From NCBI GenBank assembly GCA_964016885.1, contig OZ024747.1:75950001-76014000 (forward strand): a stretch of DNA of 64,000 bases, in the 5' to 3' direction. This DNA comes from Eledone cirrhosa (lineage: Eukaryota). This document shows positions 46,483-60,097 of the stretch, one piece after another (position 1 is the first letter of the stretch; each line of letters starts with the position of its first letter). Below the pieces are notes generated by a model that worked only from the letters and a program-made list of their open reading frames with translations, was not told where the DNA came from and ran no database searches. Made by a program: the position numbers and the translations under genes.

Positions 46483-49400
46483 ATGGCCGTATTAAGAGTA
46501 GGATGTTTAAATGTTCGAGGCCTGGGATCGTCCTGGAAGCAGGGTCACCTGCTCAATGACGTCAGGTCTATAGAAATGGATGTAATTGCAGTCAGCGAGA
46601 CCAGGATTTCCGACACGCGCGCACTAGCCCCCATTTTCGACGACTATCAGATCTTTGCATCTGTTATCCAGCCGGGAATGGGAGGCGGGGTGGCAGTGCT
46701 GTTTAGGAAAGGCCTGGATCTCAAGGTAAGGTCGATCTTCCGGGATCCGGACGGGAAGTTGGTGGTCCTGGACGTGAACAATAATGAAGGTGGTGCCTTT
46801 AGACTGGTGGCCGTCTATGCTCCTACTGAGGCAGGACGGCCGGACTTCTTTAGACGCCTGGAAGCCTTTCTGGGTACGTCTCGCCCTTTACTGTTAGCGG
46901 GGGACTGGAACGGCATCTTAGACGCACGCTGGGACTGTGTGGGAGTATCCGATAGGAGCGGGGGGTGCAAAAGCCTCAAGAACTTGATCAGCCAGTTCCA
47001 ACTGTCTGACAGGTACCGACTAGATTTCCCTAATGCGCCAGTGTGGACCTGGGCTAACCGCATAGGGTCATCTAGATCGTATATAGACATGATATTCATT
47101 AGGAAAATAGACAGAAATAGTGTAAGCTGTCCACGTTTTGAAACGGTCGCCTATTCAGATCACAAGTTTGTGATCTGTATGGTCGACCTAGATAAGACGC
47201 GTAGGTTAGGACCTGGTTACTGGAAGCTAAACAAGTCATTTCCGGAACGTAAGGCTTACAGGGACCAGGTCAACAATTTAGTTAAGAAAAAGTTGACAGG
47301 GGGAGTCGTCAACAATAGATGGTGGGGGGCTCTCAAAAGAGAGATTAGAGTAATGTCGATAGAGTTTAGCAAAGAAGTAGCATTATAGAAAAATAGAAAG
47401 GAGGGAGAGTTGGTAGATAAGTTAGACGAGGCTATTGGTAGTGGCATTGCAACTGATGTGCTAGCGGCGAGAATGGCATTAGACCATTTCTTCAATGCGA
47501 AACACGAAGGTTGCATTGTCAGAGCTAAGGCGCGTGCTCTGAGAAACGAGGGAACCAAAGCTGTTCGATGGGCCCGCGTGGCAGAGGCGCAGCGTGGTAA
47601 TAAAACCACGATTCGGTCTTTGCTCAGTTGTTCGGGGGGAAGTGGCGGGTCAGAGATGGTAGCGGACTTCAGTCCCTACCTCGATGGCTTGCCGCAACTC
47701 TCGACGGCTGACGCTGGGCGCTGCGAAAGGACAATTACTTCAGCCGAGATTCAGGATGCTCTTGTAGGCTGCATGAGGCGCAAGTCACCCGGTTTGGATG
47801 GTCTGCCATACGAGCTTTACGTAAATATGCCAGACGTGTTCTCCAATCTCCTCGAAGCCCTCTACTGCAACTGGCAACAAAACGGGAGTATTCCCAGTTC
47901 TGTGAGCCGGGGCGTAGTGACGCTGATAAGGAAAGACGAGAACAAGAGGGACACATTAGACAATTTCAGGCCCATAACTCTGCTCAACACAGAGTTTAAG
48001 ATTTTGGCCAGGGTGTTAGCGAAGAGGTTGGCGCTTGTCGTCGGGGATTTGCTTGGGGAGGCGCAAACTTGCGCAATCCCAACCAGGTCCATACACGACA
48101 ACTGCCACCTAATGCGATACATCATAGAGAGGGTAGGGTGTAAACCTGGCTTCGGTGGGGCTCTGATCAATTTAGATCAATCGAAAGCATTCGATAGGGT
48201 CGACCATCGGTACCTGGAGGCTGTCCTCAAGGCGGCTGGATTCGGCCCCGTCTTCAGAAGCTGGATCGCTGCAATGCACAGCGGCACCTGCTCGATGGTC
48301 AAAATTAATGGCCACCTCTCGGAACCGTTTCAGGTCTCCCGATCGGTCCGTCAAGGGTGCCCTCTCACCTCCCTTCTGTACGTATTGACTCTCGAGCCTT
48401 TACTGCGGAAGCTGGAGCTGTTGCAGGGCATCCCGCTCGAACCGGGACGCGGAAAGGCTGTGTCGGCTTCTGCGGACGACATCACCGTGATGGTGTCGGA
48501 CACCTCAGAAATCGAGGTGGTCGGCAACTTATTGGAGGAATATGAAAGGTTGACGGGAGCAAAACTTAACCCGGAAAAGTCAGTAAGCTTGCAACTCGGC
48601 ACATGGAGAGGCAACTCCATGCCGTCCAACAGCGTCGTTAGGCGCTGGACGGACGGACCGGTAAAGTTACTAGGGGTTTGGTTCGGGCCAGACCTTCAGG
48701 TGGATAAGAATTGAGACGAGGTGACGGGCAGGGTAGTCAGTCTCACCCAGAAATGGGCTGGGAGGAAGCTATCACTGAAAGGTCGGGCGGAGGTGGCGAA
48801 CGCGTACATCGCGTCCGTCATCTACTACCGTCTGACTGTGGTCCCTTGCCCCCGTTCGCGCCTCGCCACTTTGGAGCGGCTCCTCTTCAAATTCTTGTGG
48901 AGGGGTCAGGTTCCGCTGGTGAGGCGGTCCATCTGCTGCTAGCACCCTCTACGTGGAGGGCTGGGCATGCCGTGGCTAATGATGCGCAGACACGCACTAA
49001 GGCTGCGGCATCTCCAGATATTCTGCCTAACCGGTGAACAGGTGTGGTCGCCGTTTGTCAGACGGGCCTTTCCGCAGCTCGTTTCTTTGACGGAGTTGCA
49101 GTCCTGGGTCAAGAAGAGACCGAGACTGGGTGACTGGCATCTGGAATGTTGCCAGGCACTCACTGCCCTCTACCAGGCAGGCAATGCGGTCAGTGGAACT
49201 TCCACTCTCGAGTTCTATAGAGGATTAGTGGTGGGCAAGTGCGACGACGCACTCAGAGAGGCTCTGTGAGTCAACGAAGTCGAACTAACCAGTCTGTACC
49301 GGAGGACTTTCGAGCCGGGGACGATGGATAACTTCCAAAATCCATCGCTTGGCAGTGCTACCGGGGGGGCACTGCCGGTTCGAGATAAACTCTACAGGCA

Positions 49401-49839
49401 CGGAAGTGCTGTCAGACGGACCTGTCCGAGATGCGCGCAGAGCGACGAAACTGTTCTGCACGCACTCGTCCAGTGTCCGTGCATTACTGACTTGTGGAGT
49501 TATGTCGAACAGCTGTTGTCGCGTATAGAACGGATCCGGCTATCGGCCGAGTCCATAGTGAAGATCGACCCGCCGCTTTCTTTTGGCCAGGAAGGGCAGG
49601 TAATTTTCCTCTGTCTGGTGGCAGTAGCGAAAGAGGTTGTATGGTGGACGAGGTTGAAAGGACTGAAGACAGACACTTTTCTCTTCGGCCAATCCCTCAT
49701 CAACTTTTTCAAGTTTCACTTGGAAAGGAAGGTGGGGGTGGAGAGAGAAGTGCTGCCCCCCAGTACATTTTCTGAAAGGTGGGTGAATGTGGCGAGAATG
49801 GCCCGTGTGAGTGGGCCTACTCTGGTCAAGCGGCTGTAG
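46483..49839 (+). pseudogene. Tx1 ORF2 (APE endonuclease, RT, C-terminal Zn finger), disrupted
   Basis: LNVRGL, SET, VYAP, GDWN, SDH, WKLN, KSPGLDGLP, FRPITLLN, DQSKAFDRVDH, VRQGCPL and CPRC..ETVLHAL..C. YADD is mutated to SADD. Stops at 47386, 48712, 48940 and 49267. Confidence 0.95.
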
Positions 49840-50386
49840 GTAAGTAAATTTGAAGAGGAGAGGGGTGCCCTTCCAGGGTGCTCTCGAAGCGTCGGGTCGT
49901 TGAGGACTGGTGGTGTACCTGAGCGAACCCTAGGTGGTCATCCCCCCTATTGGGGAATTTTTTTCTTGTAATTTTATTGTTACTTTACTGTTACTTTGTT
50001 ATTGTTACTTTGTTTATTCATATTGTTTACTCGATTTTTCTGTAAAACCCCACTGTCCCAGTCTTTTGTATTGTCCCCTATATGTCGGCCCTTGTGCCAA
50101 TAAATGAAATCATTATTATTATTATTATTAGTAGTAGTAGTAGTAGTAGTAGTAGTAATGTTTGTAAACTGAGCACGTTAGTAAAAACGACAATAAAAGG
50201 TAAAAAAAGAACGTCTACACCTGGCATAGACCGATTATCGAACCCCCACCAACACTCTACTGCCTTCGCTACTTTGGGATATTGTAGACCCCGTATATAA
50301 ACAAAGATATTCCGCGTAAAGAGGGTTTGCAACTCGGCACATGGAGAGGCAAGTCCATGCCGTCCAACAATATATATGTATGTATG

Positions 50387-50419
<33 letters not shown>

Positions 50420-50821
50420 CGAGCTTTGTCAAAATAGTAAAGATACAATAAGATGTAAAAACAAAAATAATAATTGCAAGTCGGGCTCATAGAAAAGTCT
50501 TTATAGAAATACCAGAGAACCTCTCAATGTATTCTGAAGCTATTATCCGAAAGCTGACACGGAGGTTTTATTATACATACCACACACAAGAAAGATGGTG
50601 GTGCCTAATGAGAACTATTATTAAGTAATTACAGGAAGTCTAGAGAGATACATGCAAGATAGCAAAGGTATAATGAATATTAGAAAGGTTCGTAAAAATA
50701 TTTAACCCCCACCTCTCCCTCTCCCTCCACTTATATGTATACACACACACACACACACACACACATATATTTTCCAATTCCAACCGCCCGTCCCCTCAAT
50801 CTAATCTTATTTCTCATTCTT

Positions 50822-50857
50822 TCTTCTGATGAAGGACTATCGTCCGAAACGTTAAGA
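50822..50857 (+). ncRNA. Minimal type I hammerhead ribozyme motif (Penelope-type)
   Basis: TCTT-CTGATGA-A-GGAC-TATC-GTCC-GAAA-CG-TT-AAGA. Stems I and II pair perfectly; stem III is the short palindrome ACGT. Confidence 0.8.
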
Positions 50858-51681
50858 CCCTCTTCCTGCTATCTCAAGCGTTAACTTAATATACTCCTTC
50901 CATATACTGTACCGATTGTGTTGTTATTTCTGTTTACCTTTTACACACACACGCAAACATACATACATACATACATACATATACTTGTGTCTGTGTGTGT
51001 GTTCAGGTGTGTGTATATAATATTGTGAAGTAAAAGTGAAATATACAGAACAAAAATAAATCATATGAAGGCTCAGAATGTTATTAAAAAAACCTAAAGC
51101 ATAACTACACTGTGCAGTGAGCCCCCAAACTCTATACAAATTCTTAAAAAATCGAAAAACTTACGATTTTCCAAAAATCGTGGAATCCACACGGACAATC
51201 TCCATCATACTGAATTTAATAATATATTAAATGAAACCAAAATTGTTTCAGACAGACAATTTATTCAAATACTAATACACATAATAAATTATAATTAATC
51301 TCATTTAAAAATACAATTTATTTTTCACACTGCTGGATTCTTCTCCGAACGCTGGGGTTTCTTGGAACTGACTTTTGGAAACTCAGTTTCTGACAAAACA
51401 CATTTATATCAATTAATGCAGTCAGCAAAACACACTTCCTAAGTGTGACACTAAAAACAGCACACCTGCCTATATATATCTTAACTATTTTTACAATAAA
51501 TTATAGCAGAATTAATACACAAACACCAAGGAACAAGGAAAGAGATCATACAACATGACATCTTAGATATAACAATTCTTCTCATCCTTCTCAACGAAAA
51601 CAATTATCATAAAATATCTCAGAAACAAATGTGAGTTCGCTAGTGCAGTGAAAAGCTTATATTAAATTATTGCCAACAAAC

Positions 51682-52070
51682 ATTGCTTCTGATTTAGACA
51701 CAAGGTCAACGACTTGAGGGAAAAGGGGAAAGTCGATTAAATCGACCCTAGTTCTTTACTGGTATTTTATTTTATCAAGCCATTAACAATAAAATGCAAA
51801 GCTAACCGTGACAGGATTTGAACCCAGATCGTAAAAGGATGTAGGTATATACTGCAAATAATATTTTCTGATTTATGCACAAGGCCAACAATTTTGAGGG
51901 AGAAGAATGCGATTAAATCAACCCCAGTGAATTATTGGTACTTAATTTTATCGATCCCGTAAGGATGAAATGCAAAGCTAACCCCGACGAGATTTGAACT
52001 CATAACTTAAAGGGTCGTAATTGTATGCCACAAAGCATGTTGTCCAAAGCTCTACTGGTACTACCAATTA
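51682..52070 (-). mobile_element. Head-to-tail SINE family A dimer (older, long-tail copies)
   Basis: Two successive copies, each with CACAAGG tail, CGATTAAATC, TTTTATC and GATTTGAAC. Confidence 0.85.
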
Positions 52071-52179
52071 ATGAGAAACATTAAAATGGTATATCCGATA
52101 ACAGAGCGTCTGAGAAGGGATGCATAAGCTCCGTCAAGACGTCTGTGTTGTAGTAATACTAATAAAACACATCACGAAT

Positions 52180-54260
52180 TAACGGGAAACTATTTTGAAT
52201 AGATAAGCAAAAGTAGAAATTATAAAACGAGCCAACATTTCTATTCCAGAAGGGATATTTTAATGAGACCTCCAAACTTCCATTTCTCTGTTTGGCACTA
52301 ACACATTTAACTAGTATGTTAAAACGTTCTAGTTTCGGTTACATGGGTTATTGTATATCAATCAATCAGCCTTCCTATATGGGTGACATCAAGCTTTACG
52401 TCGCATATGAAAGCCAATTAGAAACGCTAATACGTGGACTTTCAAGTGGAATTGAGATGCAATTCAAAATAGAAATATGCGCCAATGCAACCTTGAGGAG
52501 ACGGAAATTAATTATGAAGACTAACACCAGTTTATGATACAGATAATGGAACAAAATGAAGTAAATTGAAGGAAACACATTATTATCAATACTTAGTAAT
52601 ATACTAGACTGAGTACGATACATATAAATCAAAGAAAATGTGAGAAAGCAATATGATAAACGCGTTAGAATAATACTTGCAATAAATCTATAGACATCAG
52701 ATATATAAATAATGCAATAGGTACAATACTCTAGTTTTGTTTGTAATGCGTAAAAGTTGTAATATTCTTAATCGAATGTTAAATTAATTAACACGATTTC
52801 AGTATAACAAGAAGCATGACTGAATTTACAATACACTAACTAAATTCTAACAGAAATATATCTAAAATACAACGGATACAGTATGGTTAAATTATTATGT
52901 AAACAAAATAAATTATACAACATCAAATATATTACCCCCCAAAATACCCTATAAAGAACATTGCTTACAGGTACCAAACACAAACCAGAGAAAAACCTAT
53001 TTTTCTTCAAGGAAACAAACAAATGCTGAAATGAACACAAGGAAATAGTGAAAAAGATAAAAGCAACAAATAAGAATTTAACTTGACATGAAAAATACTG
53101 AGAGAAACTGAAGAGGATTCAAATAGATGAAGGCAGAATTGTAATATTTACTGAGAAGTGCTGGACTCAAATAAAAATTTGAAGGAATCTAATTTGCAGC
53201 AGTTTCCAGCAAGAAAATTAGAAAAACGTGTTATTAAAGTGTATTCATAAAGTCAGAGCAAAATATGTAGACATTGAGAAGGACAACATTATCTGTCGAC
53301 CGGGACCCAGGGAGGAGGGTAGTTAGTTGGGGTTGGTGGATATTCGTTCGGACGTCACTTTCTCTGTTTCCTAAAAAATCTCGTCAAAGGTCACTTAATA
53401 GTTGATGACTGTCATTTCTTTTTTATTTAACATAACGTTTCATTTAAACCTGATAAGCCTATTGCTAAACTATAAGTTGTAGGATAATAACTTGATAAAC
53501 CTATTGCTAAACTATAAGTTGTAGGATAATAACTTGATAAACCTATTGCTAAACTATAAGTTGTAGGATAATAACTTGATAAACCTATTGCTAAACTATA
53601 AGTTGTAGGATAATAACTTGATAAACCTATTGCTAAACTATAAGTTGTAGAATAATAACTTGATAAACTTATTGCTAAACTATAAGTTGTAGAATAATAA
53701 CTTGATAAACTTATTGTTAAACTATAAGTTGTAGAATAATAACTTGATAAACCTATTGCTAAACCATAAGTTAGAGATAAACTTAACGGACTCGGAATTA
53801 TAACAATCGGCAGTCCAATTAACTGCATTGTTTCTGGCTATCCTATCATACGAGAAGAACAAAGATAAATATTTTGTAGACTGGAGTTTATGCCAACTAG
53901 CTCACCTCTCAGAAACACCAAAGTAACTATGTTCTAGGATATACTAATCCAAACAGACAGAGAGTTCAAACAAGTCGACCGGTTATCATCGTCATGAAAG
54001 GAAATATATTGTAATCGAAGTCAAAATCCCAACAGACGAAAATTTATTTCGAAAAAAAAAATAGCATTTATCGAAACACAAAGATATGGAAACAGGCATA
54101 GCTAGAATATTGGAAGGAAAAGAGAAATAATATCTATAACAATAGGCCTCTTGGGAATGATTTAAAAAAAGATTCAGACAAAGTCGAAACATCAAGACTT
54201 TAAATATGTATGCAGCATATAGATAATATCAATATTAGATATTTCACATATATTCTCATA
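52180..54260 (+). mobile_element. Highly decayed R4/Dong-like (restriction-like endonuclease) LINE
   Basis: INQPSYMGDIKLYV..E.QLETLI..SSGIEMQFKIEICA resembles the RT motif INHLLYMDDIKLY...IGMEFGLEKCA. Near 53935-54110, DILIQTDRE..RP.IIV..IEVKIPTDEN..SKHKDME resembles the RLE domain. Confidence 0.7.
53451..53772. repeat. 42-bp minisatellite, about 7.6 copies
   Basis: Unit TGATAAACCTATTGCTAAACTATAAGTTGTAGGATAATAACT. Confidence 0.97.
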
Positions 54261-54839
54261 TATTACTCTAAATAAAGAGAAGACAATAACAGAAAAGAAA
54301 CAGAAGACATTGAAGGGTTTCAGAGCTGCGTTCGGCAGTTCATGAAAACTACACAATGTAAAATAAGATGACTTAAACCAACAAGCACAAAAACATTAAA
54401 AAAAAGCAAAAAAAGGTAACAACAACAAATGGTTTATTACAGGACAATTCAATTTAATTGACACAAACCATATTTACTGTGAGCCATAATAATGAGAATA
54501 TAAGTAAAGTATGAGAGAGAAAACAAGAATTTAAGAAATATCATAGTGAAATCTGAACTTATCTGTGTCAGTAACAGAGCAGCAAGTAGTTTAATATCAT
54601 TTGTAGAATATAACATTTATTTCATAGCAGCATGTGTAAATAAATATTAAGCCTACGTCATATCAACTTCTGCAAACTGTTTTAATTTTGTTTTCTTCTT
54701 CTCTAACTGATAACACATGAGAATATGATTATGGCAGTATGTACAATTGTACGTAATGTTTATGTGAGCATATGTGTATAAGTGTTGGTGTGTTGGGTGT
54801 ACGTGTATGTATGCATATATCACGCATATTTGTCGTTGA

Positions 54840-55177
54840 GGTATATATATATATATATATATATAAACATATATATGGATATATGTGTGTGTGTGTATGT
54901 ATGTATATATATATGTATATATATATGTATATATGTATATATATATGTATATATGTATATATATATGTATATATATATGTATATATATAAACATATATAT
55001 GGATATATGTGTGTGTGTGTATGTATGTATATATATATGTATATATATATATGTATATATGTATATATATATGTATATATGTATATATATATGTATATAT
55101 GTATATATATATGTATATATGTATATATATATGTATATATGTATATATATATGTATATATATATGTATATATATATG

Positions 55178-55210
<33 letters not shown>

Positions 55211-55211
55211 G

Positions 55212-55256
<45 letters not shown>

Positions 55257-55257
55257 G

Positions 55258-55288
<31 letters not shown>

Positions 55289-55289
55289 G

Positions 55290-55349
<60 letters not shown>

Positions 55350-55540
55350 TATACACACACTTAAACATATATATTTATCTATATATATATTTATATATAT
55401 ATATACATATATTTTTATATATATATATATACACACACACATAAACATATATATTTATCTATATATATATATATTTATCTATATATATATATATTTATAT
55501 ATATATACATATATTTATATATATATATACACATACATAA
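54840..55540. repeat. Compound (TA)n/(TATG) microsatellite
   Basis: Read directly. Confidence 0.95.
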
Positions 55541-56727
55541 ATGGGGGTGGGTATGCATGTATGTGTGGGGATTATGTGTGCATACTTTGCGTGTATCTAT
55601 GGTTGTGGTGTATATGTGCGTATGTTTGTGTGTACATATGTGTGCACATTCGTACGATAGATTTAAGAAGACTTGTAACAGTGCCAAGAGAAAAGATTCT
55701 TAGGATCATATCTTTGTAGGTCGTTTGTGTTCTGGATTTAGAATGGCTTGTCAGAGATAAGCGCATATGAACATTTCTAAAACACAGAACTTCAGTTTGG
55801 ATTGCCTCTTTTTATAAATTTTGTTTTTAATAATATGTACAAGTGCTAACATGATATCATAATTATAGCGTTTGAAATAAGAATACAAGTATGTATTGTT
55901 AGATGGGAATAAGGGTATAAATGAAGGAATCAATGTGATGGGATAATTGGAAGAGAAGGGGTTGAGAATCACTGCCGTATACGTACCATATACACGATGC
56001 TTCACCATGCTGTCTAGAGACGGTATGGTGTATATGATATGTGTTCAACTTGTCCCTTTGTATGGAGTATATTCATATGTTAATTCAATAATACAACGCA
56101 TTGTTCACCATAATATCTAGCAGTGTAATGGTAAGTATGAAATATTTTCAGCTTGTCCCCTTCTTTTTATTAAGAATTTGCCTCTCGATGAAGAAACTTG
56201 AATTCTTATATGGGTTATTCAAATGTCTTCGAATTCCCGATGTTGAATCTTGAGTTTCAGAAGACAAAGTCGTTTATGTTAGAAATATTGCGATACAACA
56301 TTTAGATGATATACAAGCGTCGCAATATTATTAATCCGATAATTTCTAGCCGAAGATATTTAAGGATAATGAAAGTTTCCCAATGAAAGTTTAAATGGAA
56401 ATATCGAACTTAATAAAAGCGAAATTTTTGAAACAGAATCTTTCAAAGATTAGAGAGGAAAGAGTTGCTAAATTTACTGATAGAAATATACATAGAAAAC
56501 AAGTTTGTTTCTGTTAATTATTAATTCATTCACATGAGAGAGAGAGATAGAGAGAGAGAGAGAGGCCTAATTAGCTTTTAAACTCTTGTACTGAGTGGCC
56601 AATGAAAATGGATTTACAAAAAAGTAAACACTGTGAATTCAAACAAAACGATTGCAGTTTGTTCTTATATATGTTATTGTCTAATATATTGGTGAGTGTT
56701 ATACCAATATATATATAAATACACGCG

Positions 56728-56852
<125 letters not shown>

Positions 56853-57774
56853 ATATATATAACGTAATCCCAAATCACGATTTGGTGGGATATAAGCTAG
56901 GCCAAGTAGAATAAGTCAGTTTTATTTATGTAGTGTCCCCCGAACGTGAATATATTTAGGATTAAGAGAAATAGGGAATTAACGAAAAATACATATTACC
57001 CCTGCTTAAAATAGAAACAAGCTCACATCGCTGAAAACGCTGATAACCTTGTGCGTTTGAACAAATATAGATTGTGATAATGTTTCCGGTTGAGTTGCAC
57101 AGGCATCCCGTTGTCACTCACTTTGTCGGGAATGATGCAAAACAATGATTGTCCTGATGGAAATCTTAAAAAATAAACACGACCCTATTGTTCACAATCA
57201 TTGAGATGTAAAAGTAAAAAGCAAGCATAAGAGAGGTTGCTAAAATGTTCTTGGCTTCGTAGCTGATACAGAGGCCAGGGCTTAGAAAAACTGAAGGACC
57301 ACTGCAATAAGGGTGTGAATCTGAGGAGAAATATACAGAATAAAATCATAATTAACTGATCCTCCTGTATTTTCTTTTACCCAAAGCCAGGACCTTTTCA
57401 GCCCTCCCTCGTATATATAAATAAGTGAAGATTGTGCTGCAGTTTCGATTCACATAAATATATATTTGCAAGTGGTTTGACAATTCCATAATTTTCTGCA
57501 AGTTATTTTTCGGGCGAACACATTAATAGAAGAATACAATTCTCCTAATATTACCCCAATCTTACAATGTTATTACATGTTAGAATCAGTAGAGCGCTCA
57601 TTTAATATATATTTGAAATATAGTGATGATATGTCAGTCAATAAAATTTTAGTTGATGAAGCCGCAAACCTGATTGAGAGCTAACGAGGTCAAATGCTCC
57701 TGTGGTTTTAAAGTTTGTACCTTACATCTAAACTCTTATCTACACTTGACTTTTTTCTTGGTCGTTGTGAAGGA

Positions 57775-58160
57775 TTATGTTGATTAAATCAACCTCAGTG
57801 AGTGCGTTACTGGTACTTTATTTCATGGATCCCGTACTGATGAAATACAAAGCTAACCTCGGCGTAAAGGGACATAGCTCTTTCTGCCACAAAGCAAGTT
57901 GTCGAACGCTCTAATAACTCTGCCAACCCACCACCCTTTTTTCTAAAGTCAAAGCTACCGCCCTGCTATAACTGAAATAATTGTTTTTACTTTTTGGCAC
58001 AAGGCCAGCAATTATCCAGTGCATTACAGGTATTTTATTTTATGGACACCATAAGGATGAAAGGCAAAGTTAACCTCGGAGGGATTAGAACTCACAATGG
58101 CAAAGGCCGCAACCCTATGCGTCAAAGCATAGCGTCCGACCCTCTACCGATAATGCCGAT
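57775..58160 (-). mobile_element. Two adjacent SINE family A copies (57775-57935 decayed; 57977-58160 short-tail)
   Basis: Family core and tail on the minus strand. Confidence 0.85.
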
Positions 58161-58529
58161 CTAAACTGAAATAATACAACAGAGTCAGCACTGCAAAAAT
58201 AACGATAGGTTAACTGGAACAAGGGCTTTCTTGTAAACAGTATTATAGGCCGTGGAATTATAGGTAGAGCAAGTCTATATGGGATTTGGTAATATAACAT
58301 TATTATACACATGTTTTCTGTGATGTACTTTATACTTTGTGATAGATGGAAGTAGGATGTTTCCCCTCAAATCACGAATAGTTAAAAGATCCATATGGAA
58401 GTGATCAATAGTTTGGTAATTCCGGTATTAAACCTGCATCTTCAGTATAATAAATGGGCGGATGGTAGTAATAAACCTCAATGAACCCCAAATAAACTTG
58501 AGATTACCTATTCTGAGTCGTGACATACG

Positions 58530-58535
58530 ATATAC

Positions 58536-58585
<50 letters not shown>

Positions 58586-59006
58586 ATGTATGTATATGTA
58601 TATATTTGTATATATATATACATATATGTATATGTATATATATGTATAAGTATATATACATATATATATATAAATATGTATGTATGTATATGTATATATT
58701 TGTATATATATACATATATATATATATGTATATATATGTATAAGTATATATACATATATGTATATATGTATATGTATATATATGAATAAGTATATATACA
58801 TATATATATATAAATATGTATATATGTATATGTATATATATGTATAAGTATATATACATATATATATAAATATGTATATATGTATATGTATATATATGTA
58901 TAAGTATATATACATATATATATGTATATATATATAAATATATATATATATAAATGAAATGTATATATATATAAACAAATATATATATATGTATATATAT
59001 ACGTGC

Positions 59007-59044
<38 letters not shown>

Positions 59045-59052
59045 GTATATAC
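58530..59052. repeat. Compound TG/TATG/TA microsatellite
   Basis: Read directly. Confidence 0.95.
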
Positions 59053-59811
59053 AAAATGAGAGAAGTCAAAAGTGGGATGGAATATAAAACCTTTCAATTG
59101 CTTTAATCAGTTTTGTCTTCAAAAGAAACAAGACACTGTTAGAGATAGCCATAAAACACGACGAAAGAAAACGAGGGAGAAATGGCATAGTATACATAAA
59201 AGCACAGACATATATGGCTGAGATAGAAAACTTTAAATGATATGAGCACATGATACACATGCATATATACTCATACAAAGCATTAGACAGTAGAACGGAA
59301 ATAATATACATATCACCTAGGAAAATGATGTCGTAGGTGGAGGTGGAAAATCTCTCCAATAAAACCAAAACTGTAGAAAGTAAATAATATAAATATGAAA
59401 TATGAATACAAGTGCAATAGCTGTGATCATAGAAAATAAATTATCTTTGATAAGATACCGTTTTATTAAACAGTTGCCTTCTTCCTAAACTCTCATCTTG
59501 TACAGAACAGGGAATTAAGTTCCAATCTCATGTAACGCCCATATTTATACCTAACTTTCTCTTCGTATATATATATATATATATTATATAGATATATTAT
59601 GTGTGTGTGTGTATGTGTGTTTTCACAAGAGAAGACATCTCTCACCCAACACAAAGGCACTGTGCATTGAAACTGAGCTAGAAATCATTTACGAAGCGAA
59701 TGCTTTAACATACAACCATGTTTACATAAATCTACTGAAATATTCCTATCAATTGGTCAACTATGAGCAATATTTCATACCATTTCTTCACTTCTAAGGA
59801 AATTATATCCA

Positions 59812-60097
59812 TTACCAAACTCCCCTCATCTCTATATTTACCACGACACAGTCGCTTTCATCCACCTCTCTATATCAATTAACACCAAACTCACCCCCTC
59901 TCTATATCTACTACACGTAACTCTCTTCCAATCCCCTCTCTATATCAATTAACACCAAATTCTCCCCGTCTCTATATCTACTACATGGAACTCTCTTCTA
60001 ATCCACCTCTCTATATCAATAAACATCAATCTTTCCCCCTCTCTATATCTAATACACAAGACACTCTCCCAAACCACCTCTCTATATCAATTATCAA
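59812..60097. repeat. Degenerate ~70-bp dimeric tandem repeat (about 4 units) built on CTCTCTATATC
   Basis: The motif is alternately followed by AATTAACACCAAA and TACTACAC. Confidence 0.8.

Larger units (their letters stand above)
44233..50129 (+). mobile_element. Full-length, inactivated Tx1/L1-clade non-LTR retrotransposon
   Basis: ORF1 remnants at 44421-46449 and ORF2 remnants at 46483-49839, followed by a 3' UTR and (ATT)n tail. Flanked by duplicated (TAT)n(AGT)nAATGTT. Confidence 0.93.
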
